A DNA stretch of 64,000 nucleotides from the human T2T-CHM13v2.0 reference genome, Homo sapiens. Below, in pieces: positions 25,381 through 40,654 of this stretch. The stretch lies in NCBI RefSeq assembly GCF_009914755.1, contig NC_060931.1. One strand, written 5' to 3'. Within the stretch, counting starts at the first letter, position 1; each line of letters starts with the position of its first letter. The notes beneath the pieces are model-generated. The model worked only from the letters and a program-made list of their open reading frames with translations, was not told where the DNA came from and searched no databases. The translations under genes were made by a program, and so were the position numbers.

Positions 25381-27056
25381 GCTAAGAGAGTCAACTATTT
25401 GTAAATATTTTCATTATAATAAATTATAATAAAAATGAAGGCAAAGAAGAAACCATAAGCACTGGGAGCAATTGGTCAAAGGTCACCAGTGAGCCAAGGT
25501 ACCCTGGCTTGTAATTCAAGACTATAGACTGTGATAATGCTCTTAATACTGTGCAAATATAAGTAGGCTGTAGGAAAAAGGAATGTGTTAAAAGATAATT
25601 TTCAAAAAAGGGTAAAATGATTCTTATACAGATATGAAAATGAACATGTGTTGAAGACTTTACTTAGCTCATTCAATGAAGGGACTAGGCAGATGTTATA
25701 ACTAGTTGGAAGAGAATTCAAAGAGTAGACATACTTATACGTAGTTGGAAAACAACTCAAAGATAATGAACAAGGCTAGAATCAGATAATCTAGCACAGT
25801 GTGATGTATGCAGACAGTACTCAGGAATGAAAGGCTAGAATCAGATGACCTGGAGGTATATCCTCTAGACAATGCGTAGCATTTTATTGAGACATACTTT
25901 TTTTTCCTCTCTACAAATGTTTGCCTCAAAAAATTCACAATGTAGAAGGTGGGTTTTGGCAGAACTAGGGTAAGTAGAAGTGACAGCAGAAAGGACATAA
26001 ACATTCAACATTTTGTGCCCAGAGGTGTAGACCTGACAGGAATGATGGAGGCATATACTAGAGATAAGAGAATGGGAGATTAATTATGACAGGAGGCAGT
26101 AGCTAGAGGAGTGGAAGAACACAAAATAGGGAAGAGAAGGGTCATCTAGGTGGAGGAGAGGAGAACTTAAATAGATGGACTTTGATATATCCTTGATCAG
26201 ATGGACATTTCCACAGAGGCAGTCCAGGCTAAATCCCTGCTTTTAAAAGGCAAGCCTCAGTTGTTGCTCAAGAAGTGCTTTAAAAACAGTGGCTGATTTT
26301 TCAAGTGGCCAATTTATCTATTAACTAGCTTGTCAACATCTGTTTACCAAATGATTAATTTGTCAGATGGTTAATTCAACAATTTGTTTCAGTTTGGGCA
26401 TAACGTTGACAAATTGCCCATTCAGTGAATTGATTTTCAGTGAATTGGTCTATGTCCAGATTCTGATCTCCCATGCTAACCAGTTTGCCAAAGTTGAGTT
26501 GCCTTTTGTAAGCCACACTGTATACTCATTAATTTATGCGTTCACTGATTGGCAATCGTTAAAGCATTTACTGTGTGTCTGACACTATTTTAGGTGAAAA
26601 ACTTCTGCCAGTAAATCTAAGAAAGAAAATGCTTTTATCCATTGTATATATAACACATAGTTGATGAAGATATCTTATGTCCATAAAAAGAACATTTACA
26701 CCAAATATTAGAAAATTATAAGGATCTGCCCCAAACAGGAGTTTAAATGGATAGTAACATGGCAGTAAATGGATGGTAATAAGACATGGGAAAGTAGCTA
26801 TAAACCCTTATTTGTGGAGCCTTTTCTTTTACCTGCATTGTGCTAGGTAGATCTTTAAGGAGTAACAAATGTACCACAGGAGGAACACAAGGGGTGAATG
26901 AGCTGGGCTTTTAAAGTTCGCGTGTAGGTTATTTGACCAGGGTCACCATTTTCCCCACAGAAATGGTGTTATAAACAGGGATTTAAGTTCCTGGGTCAAT
27001 TCATAGCAGTTTCATCCACAATGTAGCAGTGAGCATGGCAAGAGAGACAATGTATG

Positions 27057-28148
27057 TGTATTAGTCTGTTCTTGCACTGCTCTAAAGAAATACCTGAGAC
27101 TGGGTGATTTATAAAGAGAAGAAGTTTAATAGTCTCATGGTTCTGCAGACTGTACAGGAAGCATGATGGTGGCATCTGCTCAGAGTCTGGAGAGGCCTCA
27201 GGAAACTTACATTCATGGCAGAAAGCAAGGGAGGAGTGAGCATCTCACATGGCCAGAGCAGGAGGAAGGGGGGCAGGGTTGGAAGTGCCACACACTTTTA
27301 AACAACCAGATCTTGGAAAACTCACTCACTGTCACAAGAACAGCACCAAGAAGATGGTGCTAAACTATTCATGAAGGATCCACCCCCATGATACAGTCAC
27401 CTTCCACCAGGCCCACCTCCAACATTGGGGACTACAATTTAACATGAGATTTGAGTGGGGACACAGATCCAAACCGTATTATTCTGCCCTGTCCCCTCCA
27501 AAATCTATTGTTTTTTCATCTGTGACCTCCTCAGCCTGGACTTCATTGTCCATATCACTATCAGCATCTTGGTCATGACAATTTATTATAACAAGTCTGT
27601 AGTAAGTTCCAAATTTCCCCTCATCTTCCTGTCTTCTAAGACCTCCACACTCTTCCAACTTCTGCCTGTTGTCCAGTTGCAAAGCCACGTTCACATTTTC
27701 AGGTATCTTTACAGCAGTGCTCCACTGTTCAGTATCAATTTTTTGTATTCTCATGCTGCTATGAAGAAATACCTGAGACTAAGTGATTTATTTAAAAAAG
27801 AGATTTAATTAGCTCATGGTTCTGCAGGCTGTATAGGAAGCATGATGCTGGCATCTGTTCAGCTTCTAAGGAGGCCTCAGGAAACTTACAATCATGGCGA
27901 AAGGGAATCAGGGAGCAAGCACCCCACATGCCCAGAGCAGGAGGAAGGTGGAGGGAAGTGCCATACACTTTTAAACAGCCAGATTTTGTGAGAACTCGCT
28001 ATCGTGATGACAGCACCAAGGGGGGCAGTGTTAAACCATAAGAAACTGCTTCCCTGATCCAATCACCTCTCACCAGGTCCCACCTCCAACACTGCGGATT
28101 ACAATTGATCATGAGATTTGGGCGGGGACACAGATCCAAACCATATCA
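27057..28148 (-). mobile_element. MST-type MaLR with two LTRs (27057-27481, 27744-28148) and only ~260 bp of internal sequence
   Basis: Two homologous LTRs ending GGGACACAGATCCAAACC(G/A)TAT(T/C)A, with MaLR-int between them; TSD GTATG/GTGTG. Confidence 0.88.
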
Positions 28149-28840
28149 GTGTGCTATTGTGGTAAAAAGTGAGGACGTTGGAATCATTAAGTTCTCTGAA
28201 TCATGTCTATAACATGAGAACTATAATGTCTATCCAAAGTGATTGGTGATTGAATGAAATAATATAATATGAAAAGCCTTCTCAAGGTATTTTCTATTTT
28301 TTGGAAGTAGACAAAATACTTTTGTGTTTCTTGTTTTGTGTTTTGTGTTTCGTTGTTCATGTTGTTTTTTTGTGCCTTCTTGAAAAGAGTAAGCATAATT
28401 TAGTGTCTTAGTGTCTCTGGTTCATCAGCTACTGCGCTATAATATGGTAAGTAGCACCCTCAGGAGCATTTTACTTGCATAGGGCTATTTCTTCTATAGT
28501 AAATGGTCTTAGAGTTATTTTATGTTTTCATGGTTTAGATGCTTCACCTTCGCTGTAAAGCATCACTTCTGGCTGTTATCAGTGTATGATTCTAGCTTTA
28601 TTACATGCTACTCTTAATTTTCTGGTGAGAAAACTCAGAGAATGTTACTCATTAGAGTTGCCTATAAACCAATCATAGACAGGCTCTGAGAATTTAGGGG
28701 CTTTACTATGAAGAAGATGTGGTCCTTATTATTGCTATAGAAGCTCCTTTACCCATAGTTTTACTTGAATATCACAGATTAGGAACATAGCTGCACTCCA
28801 GAGCCAAAGTATATAATCCATGACCTCCTTCAACAGATAG

Positions 28841-29337
<497 letters not shown>

Positions 29338-29539
29338 TGACAGTTCTAGTTAATAGAGGAATGCAATTAGGGTGAAGATGAAAGCAAAGAAGAAAAATAA
29401 TGAAATGGTAAGAAAAGAGGTACATAAGATTACTGTTTAATGGTAGGATTGATTTTGAAGGTCCAAGAACAAATTCTGCAACATACAAATGTCATGCCTG
29501 TGCAGTGGACAAAAGTAGGTAAGTAGGCCTGTATGAAAT

Positions 29540-29980
29540 AATTCATGCACAAAGCTATTCACTGTGGCTTTCTCTGTAATAGATAAAAAGCCTACAAACA
29601 AACAAATTGCCCAACAAAAGGGGACCAGATAAATAATGATGATAGATCCATATGATGAAAACTACGAACATCTGAAAAAACAAGGATGCTCTTTATGTAT
29701 TGATATTGAATAGCCTTCATGTTAATTTGTTAAGCTAAGCAAGATCAAGATGCAGAACATTAATAATATATTATCATTTCTGTAAGAAAAAGAATAAAAA
29801 TATATACAAAAAGATTCTCTTTTATATGTGTAGAATATCTCTATGAGAAATAGGTAGCATTAGGTGCAGTTGGGGAGGGCAATAGGGAGGACAAAATTGG
29901 GAAGGAGAAGGCCTTTTCACTGTAAGGCCTTTTGTGTCTTTAAGATTTTCAGCTATAATACTGTTCAATAATAAAATAAT
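29540..29980 (+). mobile_element. Ancient L1M 3' fragment
   Basis: Degenerate L1 3'-end motifs (CACAAAGCTATTCACTGTGGC, GATAGATCCATATGATGAAAACTAC). Confidence 0.5.
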
Positions 29981-30274
29981 CATTAAGGGCTGGAAAAATG
30001 GAAAAACTTACCTGTGACCAGAGGCCAACATCCATGTTGGATGCATATTAGCATAATATTAAATCAGGTGAAGGCTGGGATTTTGTTGAGGAATTTAGAG
30101 GCTCAACATATAACAGTTCTTCTGAGACTTTAGCCTCATAAATCATGAATTATCCCATAGATTTAAAGCCTTTTTGGATATACTGTCTATTAAAGTGAGT
30201 AGTGAAATGAAAAATTTGGGTTCTATAGTGGCTAAGGCATCGTATACTACATTCGCAGAGATAGTTAAAGACTA

Positions 30275-30637
<363 letters not shown>

Positions 30638-30656
30638 TCACATATGCACTCATTTT

Positions 30657-30994
30657 CCTTCTTTCTTCCCTTCTTTTCTCCTTCCTTCCTTCTTTCTTAT
30701 TTTCTTTTGAGACAGGGTCTTGCTCTGTTGCCCAGGCTGGAATGCAGGGGCACAAACAAAGCTCACTGCAGCCTTGACCTCCTGGGCTCAAGTGATCCTC
30801 CCATCTCAGCCTCCTGATTAGCTGGGGCTACAGGTGTGCATCACCTTGCCCCCCTAATTTTTGTATTTTTTTTGTAGAGATGGGATCTTTCCATGTTGCC
30901 CAGGCTGGCCTTGAACTACTGGGCTCAAGCAATCCTCCCGCCTTGGCCTCCCAAAGTGTTGGGAGTTCCAGGTATGAGCCACCAAGCCTGGCCT
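30657..30994 (-). mobile_element. AluJ
   Basis: J-type GAGACAGGGTCTTGCTCTG and CCTGGGCTCAAG; TSD TGCACTCA(T/G)TTTT. Confidence 0.9.
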
Positions 30995-31009
30995 GCACTC
31001 AGTTTTTTA

Positions 31010-31980
31010 CTAATTCATTCAAATAATATTAATTAAGCACCTACCACGTCCCAATCACCTTTTAAAGCACCAGGATTATAACAGTGAACAAAATAAGTTG
31101 TTACTCATATGGAGCTTACATCCTAATGTGAGAGACAGGCAATACATAAGTAGACAAAAATTTCAGGTGCTTATAGATACCATGAAAAAAATAAAGCAGA
31201 TAAAGGGGATACAGTATGTCTTGAGATGGAGGGAGGATTATTTTGGGTAATTAGAGACATTTTCTTTGAGCAGGTAACATTTGAGAAAAGAACTGAATGA
31301 TGACAGTAAATAGGAGTGTGAAGATCTTGGGGAAGAGTATTCCAAGCAGGAGGAACAGCAAGTGGAAGGGCCTAGAGATAGGACGTACTTAGTGTGTTCA
31401 AGGAACAGCTGGGGGATCATGTGGCTAATGTGTAATGACTGAGGACGGGGTTGGTAGGAGAGGATGCTTCTCAAACTTGCATGTGCACATCAGTCATCTG
31501 GGGCTCTCCTCTGATTCTTTAGGTCTGGGGTGGGGTCCAAGATGATGTCTTTCTAACGAGCTCCCTGGTAATGTGGCAAGGTATTAGATGGCACGGAGTC
31601 TGAATTTTATGTCATTCAGGAGGACACTGGGGGATTTTAAGTAGAGAAGTGACATAATCTTATCTATGGTTTAAAAATATTGCTCTGGCTATTCTGTGGA
31701 GAACAGACTGTTGATTTCAAGCATTAAAATAAGTAACCAATTAGGAGTTTACTGAGTAACTCAAGTGAGAGAGAAAATGACTTGAACTAGAGTTACTGTG
31801 ATGAAGGTGGTATTGGTAAGATTCAGGATACATTTTGAATGCAGTGGGGACAGGACTTACTGAAGATGATTAGTGCGGGCAAAGGAAAGGAATCAGAGAT
31901 GACTCCTAGTTTTTAGTCAGAGTAACAACCCACTGGATGAATGGAGGTATATTGAGACAGGAAATTTTGGGGATGGGGCA
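31010..31980 (-). mobile_element. L2 LINE 3' portion with a MER5-like fragment at ~31465-31580
   Basis: ATTCATTCAAAT...AAGCACCTACC...GGAGCTTACATCCTA L2 tail; TAGGTCTGGGGTGGGGTCCAAGA...TTTCTAACGAGCTCCC is MER5-like. Confidence 0.75.
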
Positions 31981-32040
31981 GATATTTCCTATTTATTGGA
32001 AAATATCCGAGGAGTGCAAAGTGAAAGCCCACTTGCTCAT

Positions 32041-32430
32041 TGTGGTGACTGTGGAGGTGTGCCTATCAGATCTCTCTTTAAGAGAACTGGCCACAAGGAG
32101 TGCAGTAAGTTGATAGCCCGTAGTTGCAGATGCCTTCAATATCTGATTCAGATTTAGAGTTTTGTCCATCTGATTTCCAGGCAGCATCAGGAGTGATGAA
32201 AGGGCTTGCCAGAGCTCCCTACTGGGCTGGCCAGAATTTCCTAAGAGCTGCACTGTAGTCTGAGCCTCCTGCTACCCTCTTCTCTTTCCCCTCCCTTCTC
32301 CTTGTATAGGACTCAGCCCTACATCATAGACTGAAGGTTTTCTTTTATCTTTCGCTGGCATTATGTCCAATACATCTTTTGTATTTCTAACACCTTCTTG
32401 GCATCTGTTTCCAGGAGGACCAATTGACAA
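32041..32430 (+). mobile_element. LTR40-like ERVL LTR
   Basis: Ends TCTTGGCATCTGTTTCCAGGAGGACCAATTGACA. Confidence 0.5.
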
Positions 32431-32562
32431 CCTTACTTAGAAGTCACAACACATGGACTTAGAACCAGCCTTTCAGAATCTGATCTGCTTATAAATAGAG
32501 GAGCTTCTGTACTTAGGTCATTCTGAAATCTATTTTTCTTCCTGTTAACTATGTATTCTCGA

Positions 32563-33125
<563 letters not shown>

Positions 33126-33129
33126 GTAA

Positions 33130-33358
33130 TCTTCTGCCATCTCACTGTGTGCCCACATGACCTCTTCTTTGTGGGTTCCCTGAAGAGATAAGAGAGGAAA
33201 CTCTGGTTTTCCTTATTAGGACGCTGATCCTATTGGGTTAGAGCCCCACCCCACGACCTCATTTAATCTTAATTACCTCCAAAGAGGCCCTATCTCCAAA
33301 TACAATCATGTTGGGCCTTCACTATATGAATTTTGAAGGGGCACAATTCAATCCATAG
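33130..33358 (-). mobile_element. MLT1A-like LTR fragment
   Basis: GACCTCATTTAATCTTAATTACCTCC..AGGCCCTATCTCCAAATACA. Confidence 0.7.
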
Positions 33359-33449
33359 GAGAGGGTGTCTTTCTATCCCTCAGTGTCTTCGATGGCACCT
33401 GTGTTCCCTGTTCATAGTTTACAGGGGCAAATATGAGTTTAGGAATCCA

Positions 33450-33640
33450 CCAGAACTGGGTGTCTATTATTTACCAACTGTGTGACCTTGGAGAAGTTGC
33501 CTGACCTCTCTTAGATCTCTCACCTGTAAAATGGAGATAATGCTGCCTTTTTACAGTGCTGTGAGACTTGTATGAGGCAGTGCATGTGCAAGGTTCTGGC
33601 CCTGGGTCTGCCAGGTGGTAGATGCTCAAGAATGGACAAT
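33450..33640 (+). mobile_element. MIR
   Basis: CTGTGTGACCTTGGAGAAGTT...CTCACCTGTAAAATGGAGATAAT. Confidence 0.75.
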
Positions 33641-34970
33641 TTTATTGATATGCACTTTGCCTGCTGATTTGTAATTTTATTATTGATTTCACAGTTCACA
33701 CTTATAACTTCAGAGTCACAATCTACCAGCAAAAAGGAAATAACTGTAGGGTTCAATGCAAAAGAGAATAAATCTGCTTTGCTTTCCTATGTGATTTCAC
33801 AGTATATACTGTAATCAATGGGGGCTGGGATGCCTACATGCACGGAAGTATGGCTTATGTAAACTTTTTTTGTTCAAATTCTAATCTTCAGCTGTTCAAT
33901 ATTTTGTGGTCACCATTCTTGTTAGCTGAGGTATCCATCTAATATTTATTAGCTCTTTTAAGTAAACATTGGAAAATAATACGATGTAATGCACTTTGCT
34001 AATAGAAAACAGCAGGGGGACAGAGAGGAGTCCTTTTAATTTTTATTGCCAATCTACCTCTATTAAAATCTCCAGTTGAGATTAAGGCTATCTTGGAGAA
34101 ACACAGAGAGGAAACCTGAACTAGTAACATGAATATTTTATGTAGTAGGTCTTCAACCAGGGGCTTTCTGTTCTTTGAAGATTCTGTGGGTATATTTTTC
34201 TTGACTGCAATTACACATTTGCAGAATTCAAAATAAAAAAAGTGTATGTCAATTACAGCACTACATCAGTCTCAGTCTTTTTAAAAATTGAGTTGTATGG
34301 TTTTGGTGTTGAGTTAAAAAAATAGATACTATGCTTGAATATAAGCATCTGTAAACTCTTAAGAAGTATCTCCTATATAAGTGGAATTAGGTATTTTTTT
34401 CTAGTTCAAAGTACCTTCTGAAAGAGCTTCGATTTGGTTTCTGTTTTTTTCTTTCCAACTAAACACATGTTGGTGGGGTGGCAACACATGTTGGTGGTAA
34501 CACATGTGGGTGGGGTGGGGGGAGTGGAGGGCTGTTGTTTCCCTGATGGATGGGGCCATCTTGAATGAAAACAGCCATCATTATTGTTTGTGGGATTCTT
34601 TTCAATTTGTATCAGAGATTAGTGAGGAAAGGTAACAATAGGGACCCTCAAATTAAAAAATAATCTTTAAGGGTAGATACCCATGAGAACCCTAGCATGG
34701 CAGAACTGGAGAGGAGCCCAAGGATCATCAGTCCAGCTCCTCTTTCAGGAATAAGGAAGTAAAGTAACTTGACCAAAGTCTAACATAGCTTGTTGCAGAG
34801 CTAGTGTCAGAATCCACCACTCCTGGCTCTGATTTTTCCATGAAACATAGTTTTTGTCCCTGGAAACCTCTCTTTTCTTTTAAAATTTATTTTAAACAAA
34901 CTAATTATTGTTTGAAAATCTCCCCTGGAAACTTCTAGTTTCCCTGTGTTGTGTAAAGAAAGATTGTAGC

Positions 34971-35313
34971 TGTTATGTACTGAATGTCTAAGTTTCCTCA
35001 AATTCATATGTTGGAGCTGCAACCCCCAATGTGATGGCATTTGGCCATGGGGCCTTTGGAAGGTAATTAAGTTTAGATGAGATCATGAGGGTGGGGCCCC
35101 TATGATGGAATTAGTGTCCTGATAAGAAGAAAAGGAGAAGCCAGAGCTCTGTCTGTCCATATGCGAGGATACAGCAAGAAAGAATGCATCTATCTGTAAA
35201 ACAGAAAGAGTCTGAATTGGCTGGGACTTTGATTTTGTATTTCTCAGCCTCCAGAGCTGTGAGAAATAAATCCCTGTGGTATTTAGTTATTGCAGCCTAA
35301 GTAGACTAAGATG
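34971..35313 (+). mobile_element. MLT1A-type MaLR solo LTR
   Basis: TGTTATGTACTGAATGT...AAATTCATATGTTG...CAGCCTCCAGAGCTGTGAGAAATAAA...GACTAAGA. Confidence 0.8.
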
Positions 35314-35641
35314 GAAGCCAATCAACTAAAAATGTACCAGAAATAAAGATACTGATTTTTAAAAGTAAAAACATAGTTAAACCAGATCTGATTTCTCCTT
35401 TTTAGAAAAGCACGACTTTCATGAAATGTTGAAATCAACCAATCATTCATTCATTCAGAATTTTTCTTTGACCACTGTATGCCAAGCTTGGAATATAGAA
35501 TGCTGGGCCCTGACTCTGGAGTCTAGTGGAAGAGATCTATCTGTAAATGTGTAATTACTCCTGAAAGGCAGGGCTCATGTCTCTCTTTTTTTCTCACCAT
35601 TTAATCCACATTGTCTAATAGGGACAGAGGGCATTCAATTA

Positions 35642-36628
<987 letters not shown>

Positions 36629-37014
36629 GTTTTGAATGAATCAATCAGTGGGAAGAATGGATCAAACATAGCTTTAGAGAGGAGGTGATTTTAGGCTGGT
36701 TTTATTCGTTGAAATAGACCTTTTTTTTTTTTTTTTTTTTTTTTTAAAGAAGTAAAGATAGGGAGAGGTGTGATATGGAGCTTGAGCAGGAGTTTTCATC
36801 TGATGAAACCATGTCCTTTATTTGACATTGGTTTCATCTTACTACAGCCCAAGGTATCCAGTGCCAGTATAAGAAGCCACATACTTTTGATTGAAGTCCC
36901 AGGATTATAAAAATGGAACTGGGACCAGCTCTCTGCTCTCAAAATCAAAAGAAACCAATGATACCTTGACCAGGAAGATGAGAGGAAAGCAATTTTTTTT
37001 TAAAAGACTCTATT

Positions 37015-37200
37015 TACATTCATTTAATATATTCTTTTACGTTTATTGACTCATTTAGTACAACTCTGAAGAATTGTTATTCCATTTTAGAGATGAGAAA
37101 ACTGAGGTTCAGAAAGACTGAACAACTTCTCCAAAGTTGTATAGCTATTAAGGTGGAGCTGGGATTTGAGTCCAGTTGTTTCTGACTCCCTAGGCCAGCA
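37015..37200 (-). mobile_element. MIR
   Basis: CCATTTTAGAGATGAGAAAACTGAGGTTCAGA...GGAGCTGGGATTTGA. Confidence 0.8.
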
Positions 37201-37849
37201 GCCTCTGAAGTGCATGCATTTTCCACCCTGTGCCCGTACTGGCAGAGCTCGGTGCAATCCTTAGGCAGTCAGTTCAGTTCCAACTGTCTTACTATCTGCA
37301 ATGTTTTCAGACTAAAACCTGGGCTTTTATGAGCTCAGTGGAAATACAAGAAATATTATATCCAAGTTTTTCTTAATTCACTGGAAATCCATTTGAGACG
37401 ATGCTTCATGTGGTATGTTTGATGGTGTAACTCATCCCATTTCTGCCTAATAAAGGAGAGGAAGTTTGGAGAATGGTTAGTAGAAGGAAGGAGGGGAGAG
37501 GAGGGAGGAAGGCAGGAGAGAGAGAAAGGAGATAAAAGATATTTGTCAGGGAGTGGCTGGAAGGAAAATGAAGTTTTCCAGGAAGGGCACTACTGATTTT
37601 AACTGGGAAATGGCCAGGAGCTAAAGGCCAGTGATGAGCAACAATAGGCCTGCCAGGCTGAGGAGAGTTTAGTGTTGTATTTAAGCATAAAACCTATGCA
37701 AAGCTGATGCTGCCTATCAGGGTACTTTCAGCCTCATCTCATGAACCCCCGAGCACCAGGGCAGAACAGTTGGGAAGAGCTGGGCTGGAGCAGGGATTTC
37801 CTGGGTTGCTGTAGAAGTTCTAAGAGTGTTTTTTTGTTCTTAAAAAAAA

Positions 37850-38030
37850 ATTATTTGTATTAAGTTAAAGGATACAAGTGCAGTTTTGTTACACGAATAT
37901 ATTGCACAGTCGTGAGGTCTGGGCATTCAGTGTATCCATCACCTGAATCAAATGTACATTTTACCTATGAAGTACTTTCTCATCCCTCACCTCCTCCCTA
38001 CCTCCCACCCTTCCGGGTCTCCAATGTCTA
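37850..38030 (-). mobile_element. L1PB-like 3' terminal fragment
   Basis: GATACAAGTGCAGTTTTGTTACAC...TCTGGGCATTCAGTGTATCCATCACCTGAA. Confidence 0.75.
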
Positions 38031-38920
38031 GCCTGTTCTTTCCTCTATCAGATTCCCACACAGTCATCCAATAGCTGAGAAAATTAATTGCTTTGCACTA
38101 ATAACTACTTTCAGTGTTTTCTATTTGTAGTATTTTATTTTATAAGGGCACATTTGACTCTGTTGTATTCTAGAAATCATCATTAATGGTAGAATTTCAG
38201 ACCCCGTGATAGGCCTATTTGAATTAACACAGGTACAATTTTAAAACGATATCTCCTCTGTTGTGGGCCCTCCCTGTGCTCTTGGATAACCCCGTCTTGG
38301 GGAAACGCTGTGTTGTGGTGAGGTGTTTTTTCATACTACTGCTTTCCTGTAGTGCGTCTACTATGGGAAAGTGAGCTAGATGGAAGAGAAGCACACAGAA
38401 AATAAGAAGAGAAGACAATGGACTCTTCCTGAGAAACAGTCATTACTGTGAGGAACATCACTTAGAGAGTAAGAAGAGAGACACAGGCTGCATGTGAGAC
38501 CCTCGGGCAGAGTGAGAGCGCGAAGATAGTCCCTATGGACTTCAGGTCACGGGCGGATCTGACAGCTTAGGCTCATTTTCTCAGGGTCATGACTGTTGAG
38601 AGGGATGGATTTCACCTTCTGTGTAAGAAGCATTCCTAGAAATATGAAAATGTTTGCTTGTAACTGCCACCGAGCAGGGACAGAAGCTGCCACATGTGGA
38701 GGGCTCTTGTCAGTGCCCTGAGCACTCTGCATTTGTGGCATGTCACTTTTCTCAACTGTGTAACAGGAGAACTGGATCAGGAGATCCAGTCTAACTCATT
38801 TTGACAGGCTCTCCAGGGTTTGGGTGGAAAACAGCCTTTGTGTTGCTGAGGTTACAGAAGCAAGGATTAATCATACCTCAGAGCTATGCATCTGTTTTGA
38901 CCAGCAGGACTACTCCCTGA

Positions 38921-38924
<4 letters not shown>

Positions 38925-38961
<37 letters not shown>

Positions 38962-38966
38962 TGTGT
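38925..38966. repeat. (TG)n microsatellite
   Basis: About 21 units with one interruption. Confidence 0.95.
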
Positions 38967-40346
38967 AACATTTTCTTTTTCTCTCAACTTTTTTCCTGGA
39001 ATGTTGCTGATACTTTCTGATCTGATTTTCAGTCTGACTACTGGCTCCCTTTCCCTTTTGCACAGGTGCAAGTCTGAGGTTTTCTTCACCTGACAATTCT
39101 TTATCAGTAGATGGAATTTTAGAAATGGACCGGGAGATAGGCTATCCCTGCTGCACTTTTAGTTTCAGATCATCTTATCTGCATCTAGCCCCTGGCATTT
39201 GCTGCTTCCTGGAAACATAAAATTGTAAATTTGCTGGCTTTTTTTTTATTTTTTTGCCTTAAATAAAATTCTTTTCCTCTGTGATATCAGCTCCTGGGAA
39301 ATGGCAACTATGACCACATCCACCAGCCCTTTGATATGGCAGCTATGGAAGAAAGAATGACGTGGCCTGTTTGGCTTACTAGTTTTTTCCTCCTCACGTA
39401 GGTCTATGGGAGCATTTAATGAACCCACATAGGTTTGAAAAGGACCTCACAGAAATAGAGTAGAAATCAAATAGGAGTTGAAAACGTCATATTAACTTCC
39501 CTGTGGGCAGGTCTTTAGCTTGAGATGGCTTCTTGAGCCACCTCAGTCAGAGCAGGAGGCATCTGGCAGAAAGCCCTGGCAGACCTTCCCTGAGAAATGT
39601 TCTCTGACAAAGTGGCAGTGGAAGTGCTGCCTCTGATCATCCTCAGGCACATAACAGAAGGCAGAGATTTCACAAGGGGAGGATGTTTTCATGTTTGGAC
39701 CCCTGGATTGTTGACTTTTGTCATCCCCTTTTGGCCGGTCACACACCCTCGCTCTGAGGCAGCGTTAGTGTCACCCTGGGCCTGGTGGGTATAGGGGGGT
39801 GGGGCAGCATGTTACCAGCTTCGGCTTTGCATCCAAGCTTGGAGGAGCTGACAGGGCCACAGACACAAGTGAAAGCTCTTTCTCCACCTCATGGAAGGGC
39901 AGAACCGTGCTGCTGGGCACTCTTTTGAGCATGACTGTGTATTGTGAACTCAGAGTTTCACTCGCCCAGGGGTTGCTTGGTTGAGCCATTTACACTCAGG
40001 GTTTGAGGACCTTGCTTCTCTGACATTTCCCAGATGTGGTTTGTGGTCGGATGCCCCTGTGGCTTTAGATCAGCATTTTCTAGATACTGTTTCTGAGTCT
40101 TTTAAATTTCAAAGGACATCAAGATTGGGCCGTGTGAGCTTTTCCGCTAAGCTGCCTCACTCTATACTCACTTTATGTCTCTGGCTTTTTTTTTTCCTCG
40201 TACTCTGCACGGCTCCCTCCCTACCCATCTCCTAATTTGGGTTTCTCTGTTATCTCCTTATGCATGGCACTGCTTCTTTCAGTAGAAATAAATAAATAAT
40301 GCACAACTTCCAATTTATAAATAATACATTCTCAAACTAAGATAAA

Positions 40347-40463
40347 TTTTTTTTCACTTCAGACATCATTTGCCAACATGGAGTCATAACAAGATTCGAG
40401 GGAGGCACTTCTCACACATGAGCGTGAAAACCCAATCATCACGCTCTTGAACCACAAAAGGAT
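40347..40463 (-). pseudogene. SNORD13: Retroposed U13 (SNORD13) box C/D snoRNA copy
   Basis: Minus strand ATCCTTTTGTGGTTCAAGAGCGTGATGATTGGGTTTTCACGCTCATGTGTGAGAAGTGCCTCCCTCGAATCTTGTTATGAC...GTCTGA matches the recalled U13. It has box C GTGATGA, box D CTGA, an A8 tail and TSD-like flanks. Confidence 0.9.
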
Positions 40464-40654
40464 GGAGATGAAATTTTTTTGAAACATGTAAAAGTAGAAA
40501 GAAAAAATTTAAAAAATCCATTCTAATATAAAAAATGACCCTCTCCTTCCTGAATCTTTTTATTAGATGTTGACTAGATGCTGGGGCTGGCATTTCATTT
40601 ATAAAAGTAAGCATGTCAAATGCCTACAGGCAAGGGCAGCTTTATAACCAAGGG

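Noticed and set aside
26285-26460. Possible ancient DNA-transposon remnant with repeated TTCAGTGAATTG
   Set aside because: Too degraded to assign a family or ends by eye.
36720-36745. Isolated T26 run (also A16 at 11340-11355) as a tail-only retroinsertion
   Set aside because: No TSD or element body is visible; slippage explains it equally well.
38200-40300. Unique, GC-richer stretch with overlapping short ORFs on both strands
   Set aside because: The ORFs are 60-90 aa with no recognisable domain or coherent splice structure, as expected by chance.
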